DNA from: an uncultured candidate division Zixibacteria bacterium
GTDB taxonomy: Bacteria > Zixibacteria > MSB-5A5 > UBA10806
DNA length: 64,000 nucleotides
Direction of reading: 5' to 3'
NCBI GenBank assembly: GCA_963801605.1
Contig: CAWDFP010000006.1
Coordinates: 928,001 to 992,000, forward strand
Shown here: one piece after another, positions 30,260 to 40,551 of the stretch
Layout of the letters: every line of letters begins with the position of its first letter
How positions within the stretch are numbered: position 1 is the first letter of the stretch
Notes under the pieces: model-generated
The model's database searches: none
Seen by the model: only the letters and a program-made list of their open reading frames with translations
Told to the model about the DNA's origin: nothing
Program-made: the position numbers and the translations under genes

Positions 30260-30635
30260 TTCTTTCCTCCTAAATGGTTCGTCTCTTCGTGGTGTATAAA
30301 TGAAAATTATAATTTTTGAAATGTCAACAGACTTGGCTGTTAGCTCCGTTTGATTCTTAGGGGATTTTTATTTCGGATTGTGTGGTCGCAAAAACTTTCT
30401 TTCTCAATAATATCGTGCCGGAATAATAACCATGAGCTATTTCGGTGTCAAGTTATAAATGGTTATTTTCATTTTGTCGGCAGTTCCTTTTTACAACAAT
30501 TAATAACGTTATGGCCAAATGTTATGTTCCTTGTATGAATGCAAAATTGAATTTATGAGACTAAGGCCCTGTCTTACATAGCCTTATATCGATTTCAAAA
30601 ATCAGTTTAATAGATAATACTTTTCCAGCAAACGG

Positions 30636-31892
30636 TCAATCAAGTATGCCAATAAGGTATCTTCGAACCATCTCAAGAGCTATTGTCGCAGAGCGCTCGC
30701 GGTTTCGTTCCCTTTCCGTTCCGAAACGTTCCTCGCGCACCGCTACTTTATCGGCTGATGATAAACCGATATAGATTAGCCCTACCGGCTTTTCTGACGT
30801 TCCTCCGTCAGGCCCTGCAATTCCGGTTATGGATAGGGCGATATCCGAACCAAGATTTATTCGGGCGCCGTCAGCCATGAATCGGGCGCATTGCTCGCTA
30901 ACCGCTCCGTGTTTGCTAATTATTTCGGGCGGCACCGAAAGAAGCTTAATTTTCAGATCGTTTGAATATGCAATAACGCCGCCGGAGAAATAATCTGATG
31001 ATCCCGGTATATCGGTAATTAATTTACCCAGTAGCCCGCCTGTGCATGATTCAGCGACCGCTAATGTCAGCTTGCGTTGGCGAAGAAGCTCTCCTACTAT
31101 TTCCGGCAGTGTTTGATTATCATAGCCAAATATATATTTCCCGATTCGCTCATATATTTTCGATTCAAGCTCATTTATTGCACGTTGTCCTTCTTTCTGA
31201 TTGCGAGTCGTGACTGTGAGGCGCACATCAACACCGCGCGGCGATGGCAGAAAGGCAACGGTAAATTTCGATTCCGCCCCGATTTTAGTCTCAACCAGAT
31301 CGGCGATTTTTTCATAAAGGGCTGATTCAAAAATACCCGTGGCCCGAAGTTTACGATGAAGCGTTACGAAACCTCCGGACCGTTGGCGGATGGTATCAGT
31401 TATCCAGCCTGTTAACATCGCCTCCATCTCGTCGGGAACACCCGGCATGGATATAAATAGATGGCCGCCTTCCTCCAGTACTATCCCGACAGCCGATCCC
31501 CGCGTATTCGGAATGAATGTAGCTCCTTGGGGAAGCAGTGCCTGATTTTGGTTTATGGCCGGCATAACAATGCCCCGCGCTTTGAATCTGTTTTCGATAT
31601 TGCGCAGGATGTCATCATAAAAAATCAGGGGGCGTTTAAAATATTTGCAGATAGCCTTTTTGGTCAGGTCGTCACTGGTGGGGCCGAGGCCGCCAGTAGT
31701 TAACACAAGTTCTGCTCTTTGCATGGCGCGGGCAATAGCCTCGGTGATCTGATCGACATCGTCACCCACCGTAATCCGACGGGTCACTTGCGCACCGGCC
31801 GATGTGATTGCTTCTGATATAAAAGCGGCGTTGGTATCGATAATATGCCCGTAAAGAATCTCGTCGCCTATAGTGATTATTTCTGCGTTCGT
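30636..31892 (-). CDS. cinA: Competence/damage-inducible protein CinA (MoCF-binding + NMN deamidase PncC)
   Basis: In-frame (M)NAEIITIGDEILYGHIIDTN beginning at ACG 31892; TGGLGPTSDD, MPGVP, AESCTGG, SITGIAGP. Confidence 0.92.
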   Translation of the reverse strand, partial: TNAEIITIGDEILYGHIIDTNAAFISEAITSAGAQVTRRITVGDDVDQITEAIARAMQRAELVLTTGGLGPTSDDLTKKAICKYFKRPLIFYDDILRNIENRFKARGIVMPAINQNQALLPQGATFIPNTRGSAVGIVLEEGGHLFISMPGVPDEMEAMLTGWITDTIRQRSGGFVTLHRKLRATGIFESALYEKIADLVETKIGAESKFTVAFLPSPRGVDVRLTVTTRNQKEGQRAINELESKIYERIGKYIFGYDNQTLPEIVGELLRQRKLTLAVAESCTGGLLGKLITDIPGSSDYFSGGVIAYSNDLKIKLLSVPPEIISKHGAVSEQCARFMADGARINLGSDIALSITGIAGPDGGTSEKPVGLIYIGLSSADKVAVREERFGTERERNRERSATIALEMVRRYLIGILD

Positions 31893-31925
31893 AAGGCTTC
31901 CTCCCCCAAATATTCCAAATGGTAA

Positions 31926-32426
31926 TTAGAAATAATGTACGCCCCACTTACTTAAAAGCGCTAAAATGAAATTTAGTATTATAGCCGCATAGACGGCGGC
32001 TGCGATATCGTCGGCCATGACCCCCCAACCGCTTTGAAGCGATTCCCATTGCCTGGCTGGCGGAGGTTTGATAATATCAAAAACACGAAATAGTAAAAAT
32101 CCGAGTACGTAGGCAAGTATGTAATGAGGCGCCATGAATAAAGCGGTCATCTGGCCGGCGACTTCATCGATAACGATTTTTCGGCCATCATGGCCATAGT
32201 ACCGTTCGGCCTGTCCAGCAGCCCAGGCTCCAAATAAATATACCGCCAATATCAATATAAATTGTGCATACCAATGCTCCGGCCAGGTAAAGTACAGAAT
32301 TATTACCGTAATAGCCGAGGCCCAGGTACCGGGAGCTTTGGGAAGATACCCCGAGAAAAAGAACGTGGCGCATAGCTTGGTGAACAAACCGCCCGGCGCT
32401 ACAGTTTGCCTGTCGGCAGCACTCAT
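31926..32426 (-). CDS. pgpA: Phosphatidylglycerophosphatase A
   Basis: PKAPGTWAS, IVIDEVAG, FRVFDIIKP, GVMADD; start at the ATGA overlap with pgsA. Confidence 0.92.
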   Translation of the reverse strand: MSAADRQTVAPGGLFTKLCATFFFSGYLPKAPGTWASAITVIILYFTWPEHWYAQFILILAVYLFGAWAAGQAERYYGHDGRKIVIDEVAGQMTALFMAPHYILAYVLGFLLFRVFDIIKPPPARQWESLQSGWGVMADDIAAAVYAAIILNFILALLSKWGVHYF

Positions 32427-33028
32427 CCCAACATCCCCTTGAGAAGCCCACCCGATTTTATCAGATAGTCTATCCCCGTCCAAACCGTAAGGATTAGGGG
32501 CACAAAAAGAATGATATCGAAAAGATTGCATTGCCAGTACGTGATCGGCATGATCCAGACCAGGCTGTTTGCCTTGCCCTTTGGCGAAATTGATAACAGC
32601 GGATCTAAAGTCGCGTATAGTAGAATAACCGCGATTGCGACCATTTGTGAGACTGTCTTCCATTTTGCCAATATCGATGGTGCAATCACCATTCCGCGAT
32701 ACGCCGCTACCGAGCGCAAGCCTGTTATTAAAAATTCACGAACTATTATAATCATTACTATCCAGCCCCGAGCATAACCCAGAGTTACAAATGACAAAAA
32801 TGCCGTAGATACGAGAATCTTATCCGCCAGAGGATCCATGAATCGGCCAAATCCGGAATTCATCCCCCAGCGGCGCGCCAGATAACCGTCGGCTAAATCC
32901 GTCAGAGCGGCAATTATAAAGACAATGGTGGCAGCCAGTCGCCAGTAGAAACTTTCAAAAATGATAAGTATCATAAAGACCGGCGAGAGAAGAATCCTGG
33001 AAACGGTCAATAAATTGGGGAAATTCAT
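32423..33028 (-). CDS. pgsA: CDP-diacylglycerol--glycerol-3-phosphate 3-phosphatidyltransferase
   Basis: MNFPNLLT.SR, TDLADGYLAR...GRFMDPLADK. Confidence 0.95.
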   Translation of the reverse strand: MNFPNLLTVSRILLSPVFMILIIFESFYWRLAATIVFIIAALTDLADGYLARRWGMNSGFGRFMDPLADKILVSTAFLSFVTLGYARGWIVMIIIVREFLITGLRSVAAYRGMVIAPSILAKWKTVSQMVAIAVILLYATLDPLLSISPKGKANSLVWIMPITYWQCNLFDIILFVPLILTVWTGIDYLIKSGGLLKGMLG

Positions 33029-33085
33029 GCTCTCAATTTCCGGCTCGGATTAATTTTAACGGGTGTTTCAGCCTCACAGGGAATG

Positions 33086-33114
33086 AATTTAGCGGTAATT
33101 TGGCGGACAGTCAA
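33086..33114 (-). promoter_or_regulatory. Sigma70 promoter for pgsA-pgpA-cinA
   Basis: TTGACT-17bp-TAAATT on the minus strand. Confidence 0.5.
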
Positions 33115-33409
33115 GCAAATCGAAAATTATGGTTTATGTCTTTTTGGGGATAATAATGGCGAAGTCAACCCGGCTTATATTGTTTCAACTGAAGTTTATA
33201 TTAGATCTAAGAAACCATGTCATCAATGACAATCATGGCACGGAACAACCGGCCAGGGGTCTTTTCTAAAAATTGAAACTATTCAGGTAACAACCAAAGC
33301 TCTTGTTAATAGGGAAATTGTTGAATGCATTATACGCCAAAAATAAATCAAGAACCTGACGAGATTGATTTACCAAATCCTCATCCCCTAAGGCACGCTA
33401 AAATAGAGT

Positions 33410-33742
33410 TTAGGCTGGTGGGCAATCAGGGCATGGATGTACGGCTGGCTGCATGCCCTTGAAATAACACACCATATAAGTAACATCTAAGCCATTAAAA
33501 GAGCAGGATCCGTTCACATCTCCAGCTACAAACCAGGGAGGTGGACAATCACATATATACGGAGGAGGGGGACCGCCTTTGAAATAACAAACCGAATAGA
33601 CAACATCTAATCCATTGAATGCGCCGTTATTATTAACATCTCCAACAACGTATTGGCAGCCCGGCCCTTTCTGAGCTGGCGAATTTAATGAAAGTACGGC
33701 AAGCAACAAGATTGTTAATACCCAGAATCTATTAATCTTCAC
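33410..33742 (-). CDS. Small secreted dockerin-like protein (domain only)
   Basis: Signal peptide plus two GDVNxxxxFNGLDV Ca-binding loop-helix repeats, Cys/Pro-rich; GTG start with SD AGGAGG. Confidence 0.8.
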   Translation of the reverse strand: MKINRFWVLTILLLAVLSLNSPAQKGPGCQYVVGDVNNNGAFNGLDVVYSVCYFKGGPPPPYICDCPPPWFVAGDVNGSCSFNGLDVTYMVCYFKGMQPAVHPCPDCPPA

Positions 33743-33795
33743 AATTCCTCCTATCAGCTAAAGTAATTACCGCGAATAGCCTTTAACTTTGGGGT

Positions 33796-34128
33796 TTACA
33801 TGGGTGGGCAAGCAGGGCAAGGATGCGGGGCTGGCCCGCCCTTTAAGTAGGTCACCATATACGTGACATCTATGCCGTTAAAAGAGCAGGATCCGTTCAC
33901 ATCTCCAGCTACAAACCATGGTTCTTCTGGACAATAACAAATATATGGAGGAGGCGAACCGCCCTTGAAGTAGATGACTGCATAAGTCACATCTATCCCG
34001 TTGAATGAGCCATTGCCATTAACATCTCCAACAACGTATTGGCAGCTTCCAGCTTCCAGAATTGGTGAATTTACAAAAAGCAAAACCAGCATTAAAATTA
34101 CGCCCGCCCAAGATTCCCTACTTCTCAT
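33796..34128 (-). CDS. Small secreted dockerin-like protein (paralogue)
   Basis: Signal peptide plus GDVNGNGSFNGIDV and GDVNGSCSFNGIDV; SD GGAGG before ATG 34128. Confidence 0.8.
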   Translation of the reverse strand: MRSRESWAGVILMLVLLFVNSPILEAGSCQYVVGDVNGNGSFNGIDVTYAVIYFKGGSPPPYICYCPEEPWFVAGDVNGSCSFNGIDVTYMVTYLKGGPAPHPCPACPPM

Positions 34129-34394
34129 AATTCCTCCCATCAATTACCCCATTTTGCCTTGCGAATTATGGCAAAATGCTAAAGAGCGTCTGCTGTTTAT
34201 AAAGATTTTTGATATCCCAAACTGAAAGACAATAACAAATTACATAATTAATATAGCATGAGAAGAAATGGTGTCAATAATTATTTGCATTCAAACCAAT
34301 TCTACAACGAACTTAATATTCCGCTTGCCATTCTATCCGGAAAAACATTATTTGGTTTCCGGTTTGATGAACATGATTCTAAAGGAGTGTATAA

Positions 34395-36212
34395 ATGGTG
34401 CCAGAACAAAAAGCAAAGGCCCCCAGATGGGAAATAGATTCAATTTTCCCCGGTGGCTCAAAATCGCCCCAATTCGCTGAATTCCGTCAGAATATCGCCA
34501 GCGGAATAACAAAACTTACAAAGAGCTTCGATAAGCTGCCAAATAAACTCAATGAAGATTCCCGCGCCAAGTGGGCTAAATGGATACTGGAACTTCAAAA
34601 AACCTATGAAGAGCTGCACTTGGCCGGAGCCTTTGTCAGTTGCCTTACCAGTCAGAATGTCAATGATGAAGAAGCCATGCGAATCGATGCCGAGCTCGAT
34701 GAGATGGGGTCCAAATGGGGCATGCTAAAAGCCTCATTGGAATCTTTTTCGGTAAAACAATCGAACAAAGAGTGGCAAAAACTTATGGAGAAAAAGGGCA
34801 TCTCCGATATCAGCTTTTATCTTGACGAGATGCGCACCAAAGCCAAGCTTAAAATGCCAGAGGAGTTAGAAAAACTTGCCATTGAGCTTGCGGTTAATGG
34901 CTACCACACCTGGAATCGCATTTATGATAAAATGGCCGGTGACCTTCGAGTGACAATTGATGCCGATGGCCAGAAGAAAGAGATCTCTTTGGGCCAGAAC
35001 GCTCCCAGGATGTCTGATCCCAACCGTGACATTCGCCGCGAGGCTTTCGGGAAGATGGTTGGCGCCTGGGAAAGCCGAGCCAATTTGGCCGCTATAGCTC
35101 TTAATTCTCAGGCCGGTTTCCGTCTTTCAATCTATAAAAACCGCAATTGGGAATCACCTCTTTTTGAACCGCTGCTCAATGCCCGCATGAAACGCGAAAC
35201 TATTGATGCTATGTGGGATGCAGTTGTACAGGGCCGCCCCAAACTCGGGGCTTATATCAATTCCAAAAAAGCTCTAATGGGTACAGAAAAATTCTGCTGG
35301 TACGATCAGGAAGCGCCGCTTGGCAAATCGGTTAAAACCTTTTCGTTCGATGAAGCCGGCGATTTTATTGTTGAACACATTAAGAGCTTTTCCGACGAAA
35401 TGGGCCAATTTACTCGCAATGCTCTCGATAACCACTGGATCGAGGCCGAAGATCGTCCTGGAAAAGGAGCCGGCGGCTGGTGTTCCCGTATCCCAATCCG
35501 CAAGGAATCGCGTATCTTCATGACATTTACGGGAAATTTCCTGGGTCTAAGTACGTTGGCGCATGAACTGGGCCATGCCTATCATGGTTATGTGCTCAGA
35601 GAATCTCCGCCCTTTGCCTCGATTTATCCCATGAATCTGGCCGAAACCGCCTCGATCTTCAACGAACTTCGCGTAACTGATGCCGCATTTGCAACTGCCA
35701 CCGATTACGATGAAAAATTAATGCTTGCCGATCAGAAACTTTCGAGCGCGCTTTCGTTTCTTTCCAATATCCACGCCCGCTTCATTTTCGACAGCAGGTT
35801 TTATGAAGCGCGTAAAAAATCTGTTTTAACAAAAGATCAATTAAATGAGATGATGAAAGAGGCGCAGAAGGAAGCTTTCTTTGGTATCCTCGATGAAGAG
35901 GAAGGTTATCATCCGCTCTTCTGGGCATCGAAGCTGCATTTCTATATCACCGGCGCGCCATTCTATAATTTCCCCTATACTTTTGGCTATCTGTTCGCTA
36001 ACGGAGTATATGACCGTGCGGTTAAGGAGGGAAAAGCATTCGCCGGTTCATATCGGGCTCTTCTGGCCGATACCGGCCGCATGACGACTGAACAAGTGGC
36101 TCAAAAACATTTGGGAGTCGATCTTTCCAAGCCCGATTTCTGGCGTGATGCGGTCTCGCGCGTTCTGGCTAATGTCGAGCCGTTCGTTAAGCTGGTCAAC
36201 CAAAAAGGCTAA
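34395..36212 (+). CDS. pepF: M3B oligoendopeptidase (PepF-like)
   Basis: TLAHELGHAYH, LAETASIFNE, HFY...FYNFPYTFG. Confidence 0.92.
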   Translation: MVPEQKAKAPRWEIDSIFPGGSKSPQFAEFRQNIASGITKLTKSFDKLPNKLNEDSRAKWAKWILELQKTYEELHLAGAFVSCLTSQNVNDEEAMRIDAELDEMGSKWGMLKASLESFSVKQSNKEWQKLMEKKGISDISFYLDEMRTKAKLKMPEELEKLAIELAVNGYHTWNRIYDKMAGDLRVTIDADGQKKEISLGQNAPRMSDPNRDIRREAFGKMVGAWESRANLAAIALNSQAGFRLSIYKNRNWESPLFEPLLNARMKRETIDAMWDAVVQGRPKLGAYINSKKALMGTEKFCWYDQEAPLGKSVKTFSFDEAGDFIVEHIKSFSDEMGQFTRNALDNHWIEAEDRPGKGAGGWCSRIPIRKESRIFMTFTGNFLGLSTLAHELGHAYHGYVLRESPPFASIYPMNLAETASIFNELRVTDAAFATATDYDEKLMLADQKLSSALSFLSNIHARFIFDSRFYEARKKSVLTKDQLNEMMKEAQKEAFFGILDEEEGYHPLFWASKLHFYITGAPFYNFPYTFGYLFANGVYDRAVKEGKAFAGSYRALLADTGRMTTEQVAQKHLGVDLSKPDFWRDAVSRVLANVEPFVKLVNQKG

Positions 36213-36387
36213 TACTATACTTTTTTAATGCCCCGGGATGGAGCTTTGCGACATCCTGAGGCTTTAACTTTACCAAAAGCGGCATCTTATGTTGTCGCCT
36301 TTTGGCTTTTATAATCCCATTTTTTTAAGAGAATTCAATTGCCTTATTAATTATCTGTCCTTAGTTTGGCGCAGGTAGTAAAGGAGC

Positions 36388-36855
36388 GTGGTAATGCAGT
36401 ATCTAAGAGTATTATTCGGCTATAATGCGAAATTTGCAGACGATATAATTAAGGCGATGAGAACCCTCGATCAAAAAAGGTTTATCGAGGAAAAGGTATC
36501 GTCCTGGGGCTCGCTTCGAAATCTGGTAATGCATTTAATCGAAGTCGAAGACTACTGGATTAATAAGGTGATTACATCCGGCGAATTTCAACCATACAAT
36601 TTTGAAAACTTTACAGATCTCGATACGATCGAAAAGCAATGGAAACAAATTGACGCCGATATCATCCGTTTCCTTGAAAACCTGACGCCCGAGGAGCTTA
36701 ATACCGAAAGAGCTGTCCAGTGGGATAAGGAGTATTCCTACCCCCTTGAGAGGATTTTGCACCATCTCTATACTCATACTGCCCATACTCGGGGACAGGT
36801 AGTGGCCGGAATTCGTATCCTGGGCGGCGATGTCCCCTCCGTGGATATCATATAA
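36388..36855 (+). CDS. DinB family protein
   Basis: GSLRNLVMHLIEVEDYW; HLYTHTAHTRGQ. Confidence 0.85.
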   Translation: MVMQYLRVLFGYNAKFADDIIKAMRTLDQKRFIEEKVSSWGSLRNLVMHLIEVEDYWINKVITSGEFQPYNFENFTDLDTIEKQWKQIDADIIRFLENLTPEELNTERAVQWDKEYSYPLERILHHLYTHTAHTRGQVVAGIRILGGDVPSVDII

Positions 36856-37118
36856 TAGTTATGAGTTTCGAACTGTGAGTTGCGAAGGAATTACTGAAAG
36901 TTTCCAACATCGATAAACTGTACGCCATAAAAAACAGCTTTTTGCGCTTAGGATGCAATATTGTAACATATTGTTAGATGGTCGCATATCCCTATCAATC
37001 TGGCGATTTGACAGCGTTGACGGGGAACAACAAGATGCGAAAACAGTTTACATTAATGGATGATTGGGGTATATTATTTTTTTGGGAAAATTTGATGTGA
37101 CCAATAAAGGAGGCTGAT

Positions 37119-37436
37119 TTGCTAAGTGGATTGATTTTAATGGGTACTCCCCCGCAGGGCGGAGGATCCGGCGGTGCTGGTGGTGGAATATCGCTGATCA
37201 TAATGTTCGCGTTGATTTTTGGATTTATGTACTTTTTTATGATTCGGCCCCAGCAAAAAAAGGAAAAACAACGTCAAAAGATGATCGCCGAGCTTAAAAA
37301 AGGAGATAAGGTCCTGACTAATTCCGGGATTATCGGAGTTATTTGGAATATCAAAGATAACGCTATTGTCTTAAAAGTAGATGACGAAGCGAAAATCGAG
37401 TTTGTCAAAAGCGCCATAGCCGGCAAGATGGATTAA
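37119..37436 (+). CDS. yajC: Preprotein translocase subunit YajC
   Basis: YFFMIRPQQKK...LKKGDKVLT.SGI.G. Confidence 0.95.
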   Translation: MLSGLILMGTPPQGGGSGGAGGGISLIIMFALIFGFMYFFMIRPQQKKEKQRQKMIAELKKGDKVLTNSGIIGVIWNIKDNAIVLKVDDEAKIEFVKSAIAGKMD

Positions 37437-37446
37437 ATTTAAGGGG

Positions 37447-37971
37447 TTGTTAGGCTTGTCAGTAATATCTATTAAAATTTATGGAGAGCAAGTTCTCCGC
37501 GAGAAGTCAAAGGCTGTCGAGAATATCAACGGCGAATTAGTTAAGTTTTTGAACGATATGAACGAATCGATGCAGGCCGCTAAAGGATTGGGTCTCGCAG
37601 CCAATCAGGTTGGTAGAACGATCCGGGCCTTTGCAATTGATTTAAGCCATTTCGACGTTTTGGCCGAACCCAAGATCATTGTCAATCCCGAGATCATGGA
37701 AACGTCCGGGGAAATTATTACTGGCGAAGAGGGATGTTTGTCGTTCCCCGGATTATATCAGATGATCCCGCGGCCCAACAAAGTTACCATTAAAACGCTC
37801 AATCTCGATGGCAAAGAAAATTATTTTGAGGCCGAGGGACTGATCGCCAGAGTTATCCAGCATGAGATCGATCACCTCGACGGCGTGCTTTTTATCGATA
37901 AGCTCACGTCTGCGCAACGCAGCCTTATCAAGAGCAAGCTTACGAGGATAAAGGCCGGCGAAAGGGTATAA
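37447..37971 (+). CDS. def: Peptide deformylase
   Basis: GLGLAANQVG, EGCLS, QHEIDHLDG. Confidence 0.97.
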   Translation: MLGLSVISIKIYGEQVLREKSKAVENINGELVKFLNDMNESMQAAKGLGLAANQVGRTIRAFAIDLSHFDVLAEPKIIVNPEIMETSGEIITGEEGCLSFPGLYQMIPRPNKVTIKTLNLDGKENYFEAEGLIARVIQHEIDHLDGVLFIDKLTSAQRSLIKSKLTRIKAGERV

Positions 37972-38930
37972 TGAGGCTTGTCTATTTTGGGACACCTGAT
38001 TTTGCCTCACGATGCCTGGAAAAAATTTTATTATCGAAACACCAGGTGGTGGCTGTAGTAACCGCCCCCGATAAGCCCAGGGGACGTGGCATGAAAGTCG
38101 AACCGTCGGAGGTTAAACGATTTGCCCGGGAGCGAGGACTTGATATCCTCCAACCCGATAATCTTAAGGATGCGACGTTTCTCCAAAACTTATCGTCTTA
38201 TAAAGCTGACCTGTTTGTAGTGGTTGCTTTCAGGATTTTGCCTGAAGAGGTTTTTACGTTGCCGCCCAAAGGAAGTATCAACTTGCATGGTTCCCTGCTG
38301 CCCAAATATCGCGGCGCCGCTCCTATCAATTGGGCGATCATCAACGGAGAAAAGGAAACCGGGCTTACCACCTTCTTTCTCCGCAAATCGGTTGATACCG
38401 GAAATATAATCAAGCAGGCAAAAACTACGATTGGCCCGGATGAAACATTTGGGGAACTGCATGATCGCCTGGCGGCTCTCGGCGGAGAGCTATTGATTCA
38501 AACTATGGATTTGATAGACGCTGGCAATATAAATCCGCTTCTTCAGGATAGTAGTCAGGCTACACCAGCCCCCAAGCTTAATCCGGAGATGGGAAATATC
38601 GACTGGTCGAAATCCGCCCGTCAGGTTCATAACCTGGTACGTGGGCTATCGCCCCGTCCGGGAGCTTATTCTTTTAGAAATGATAAAAAGATTTTGATTC
38701 AGCGAACCCGGCCGATCGATCTCGATGTTGTGAATTGCAAGCCCGGTCAGGTGGTGCAGGCTGATCCTCAGAAAGGGATCGTTATAGCCTGCGGCGCGGG
38801 CGGAATCGAGATATTGGAACTGAAACCGCAATCCGGCAAGGCGATCACCGGAGCGGAATTTGTCAGAGGTTATAGAATGATCGTCGGAGAGGTATTTGAA
38901 AGAGAACTTGGAAACAAAAAAGAATTCTGA
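37971..38930 (+). CDS. fmt: Methionyl-tRNA formyltransferase
   Basis: FGTPDFA, NLHGSLLPKYRGAAPI, DTG. Confidence 0.97.
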   Translation: MRLVYFGTPDFASRCLEKILLSKHQVVAVVTAPDKPRGRGMKVEPSEVKRFARERGLDILQPDNLKDATFLQNLSSYKADLFVVVAFRILPEEVFTLPPKGSINLHGSLLPKYRGAAPINWAIINGEKETGLTTFFLRKSVDTGNIIKQAKTTIGPDETFGELHDRLAALGGELLIQTMDLIDAGNINPLLQDSSQATPAPKLNPEMGNIDWSKSARQVHNLVRGLSPRPGAYSFRNDKKILIQRTRPIDLDVVNCKPGQVVQADPQKGIVIACGAGGIEILELKPQSGKAITGAEFVRGYRMIVGEVFERELGNKKEF

Positions 38931-40477
38931 AATATATGTTAACGTAACCGATTACGAGACGCGTATCGGGGTGGTCGAACAGGGGAAGCTTGTCGAGCTC
39001 CTGGTTGAGCGTCCCGAAAAAGAGCGCATAGTCGGAAATATCTACAAGGGAAAGGTAACCGCTGTCCTGCCGGGAATACAGGCGGCCTTTGTCGATATCG
39101 GTATGGAAAAGGCGGGATTTCTGCATTTCTCCGACACCTCCGACTACCAGGGTGAGAAAAACCTTCTATTCGATATGGATTACGTCGATGAGGAAACTCT
39201 CGATACCCCGCGGGTGACCGCTCGCAGGAGATCATCGGTAATTACCGATTTTATCAAGAAGGGTCAGGAACTGCTGGTTCAGGTTATCAAAGGAACCTAT
39301 AAATAATAAAGGTCCTCGTCTGACAACCCAGATATCTCTTCCGGGTCGCTATGTAGTCATGGTTCCCGGCGGAAAACATGTGGGCATATCAAAAAAAATA
39401 TCGAATAGCACAGAAAAGAAAAGACTTCGCAAAATAGTAGGCGAGCTGAAGCCTCCTCATTTCGGAATCATTGTTCGGACCGTAGCCGAAGGAAAAGATC
39501 AGAAAGATTTCAAGGCCGATATGTCGCTTCTGACCAAACTTTGGTCGAAGATGAAGAAGAAGGTCGAGGAATCGAAAGCTCCTGACCTGGTACATAAAGA
39601 GATGGAGATTACAGGTGGGATCATCAGGGATCTCTTAACTCCCGATGTGACTCGCCTGGTGGTCGACAATAAAAAAGAGTATCTCCAAATCATAAAATAT
39701 CTACGAGTATTGGATCCCAGGCTCTGCTCCAGTGTCGAGCATTACCAGGACCCCGAACCGCTGTTCGATAAGTATGGAATCGAACCCGAGATCGACAAAA
39801 TGCTCGATCGCAAGGTTTGGCTTAAAGGTGGCGCTAATATTGTCATCGATCAGACCGAAGCTCTGGTAACAGTTGATGTCAATACCGGCCGTTTAAGCGC
39901 CAAAAGCAAAGGCGAGGACGCTATTTACCGCGCTAATATCGAGGCTGCCCGCGAAATCGCCCGTCAGATCAGGCTTCGCGATATTGGCGGTATCCTGATT
40001 ATCGATTTTATCGATATGCAGGATAGAGAAAACCGTCGGCGGGTTTACGATGAATTCAAAAACGCCCTGTCCCATGACCGTTCAGAAAATTACATTTCAT
40101 CGATCTCCGATTTGGGCCTGGTGGAAATGACCCGCGAACGAATCAGACCGTCGTTTATGCATACCTTTTCGGATTCCTGTCCGATATGCGGAGGCGTGGG
40201 ACGAGTTTTATCGCGGGAATCAATGGCGGTGAAGATCGAACGCTGGTTTAAGCGCGCCACAATGACCTCTCGCAACAGACATTACCAGCTCATCGCCAAT
40301 CCGCAGGTTGGCGAGATTCTTCTGGCGGGCAATCCAACGCGCATGCGAAATATGGAACGAAACAACAAACTCAAGATCGATCTCATAGTCGATACCTCGC
40401 TTCATCCGGAAATGTTCAAGGTAATTGATATGAATACCGAGGTCGACATGACAGAAAAATTTAAAGCGCCGGCATAA
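38896..40477 (+). CDS. rng: Ribonuclease G/E family; frameshift near 39295
   Basis: S1 domain GNIYKGKV...QAAFVDIG; TEALVTVDVNTG, QIRLRDIGG.LIIDFIDM, CPICGG. Confidence 0.92.
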
Positions 40478-40551
40478 TTTATCGGTAGCTTTTGTGTCAG
40501 ACGAAACATGAGCGATTTATATCAGCGTTAGTTCTTTAAGGCTCCCATCGA

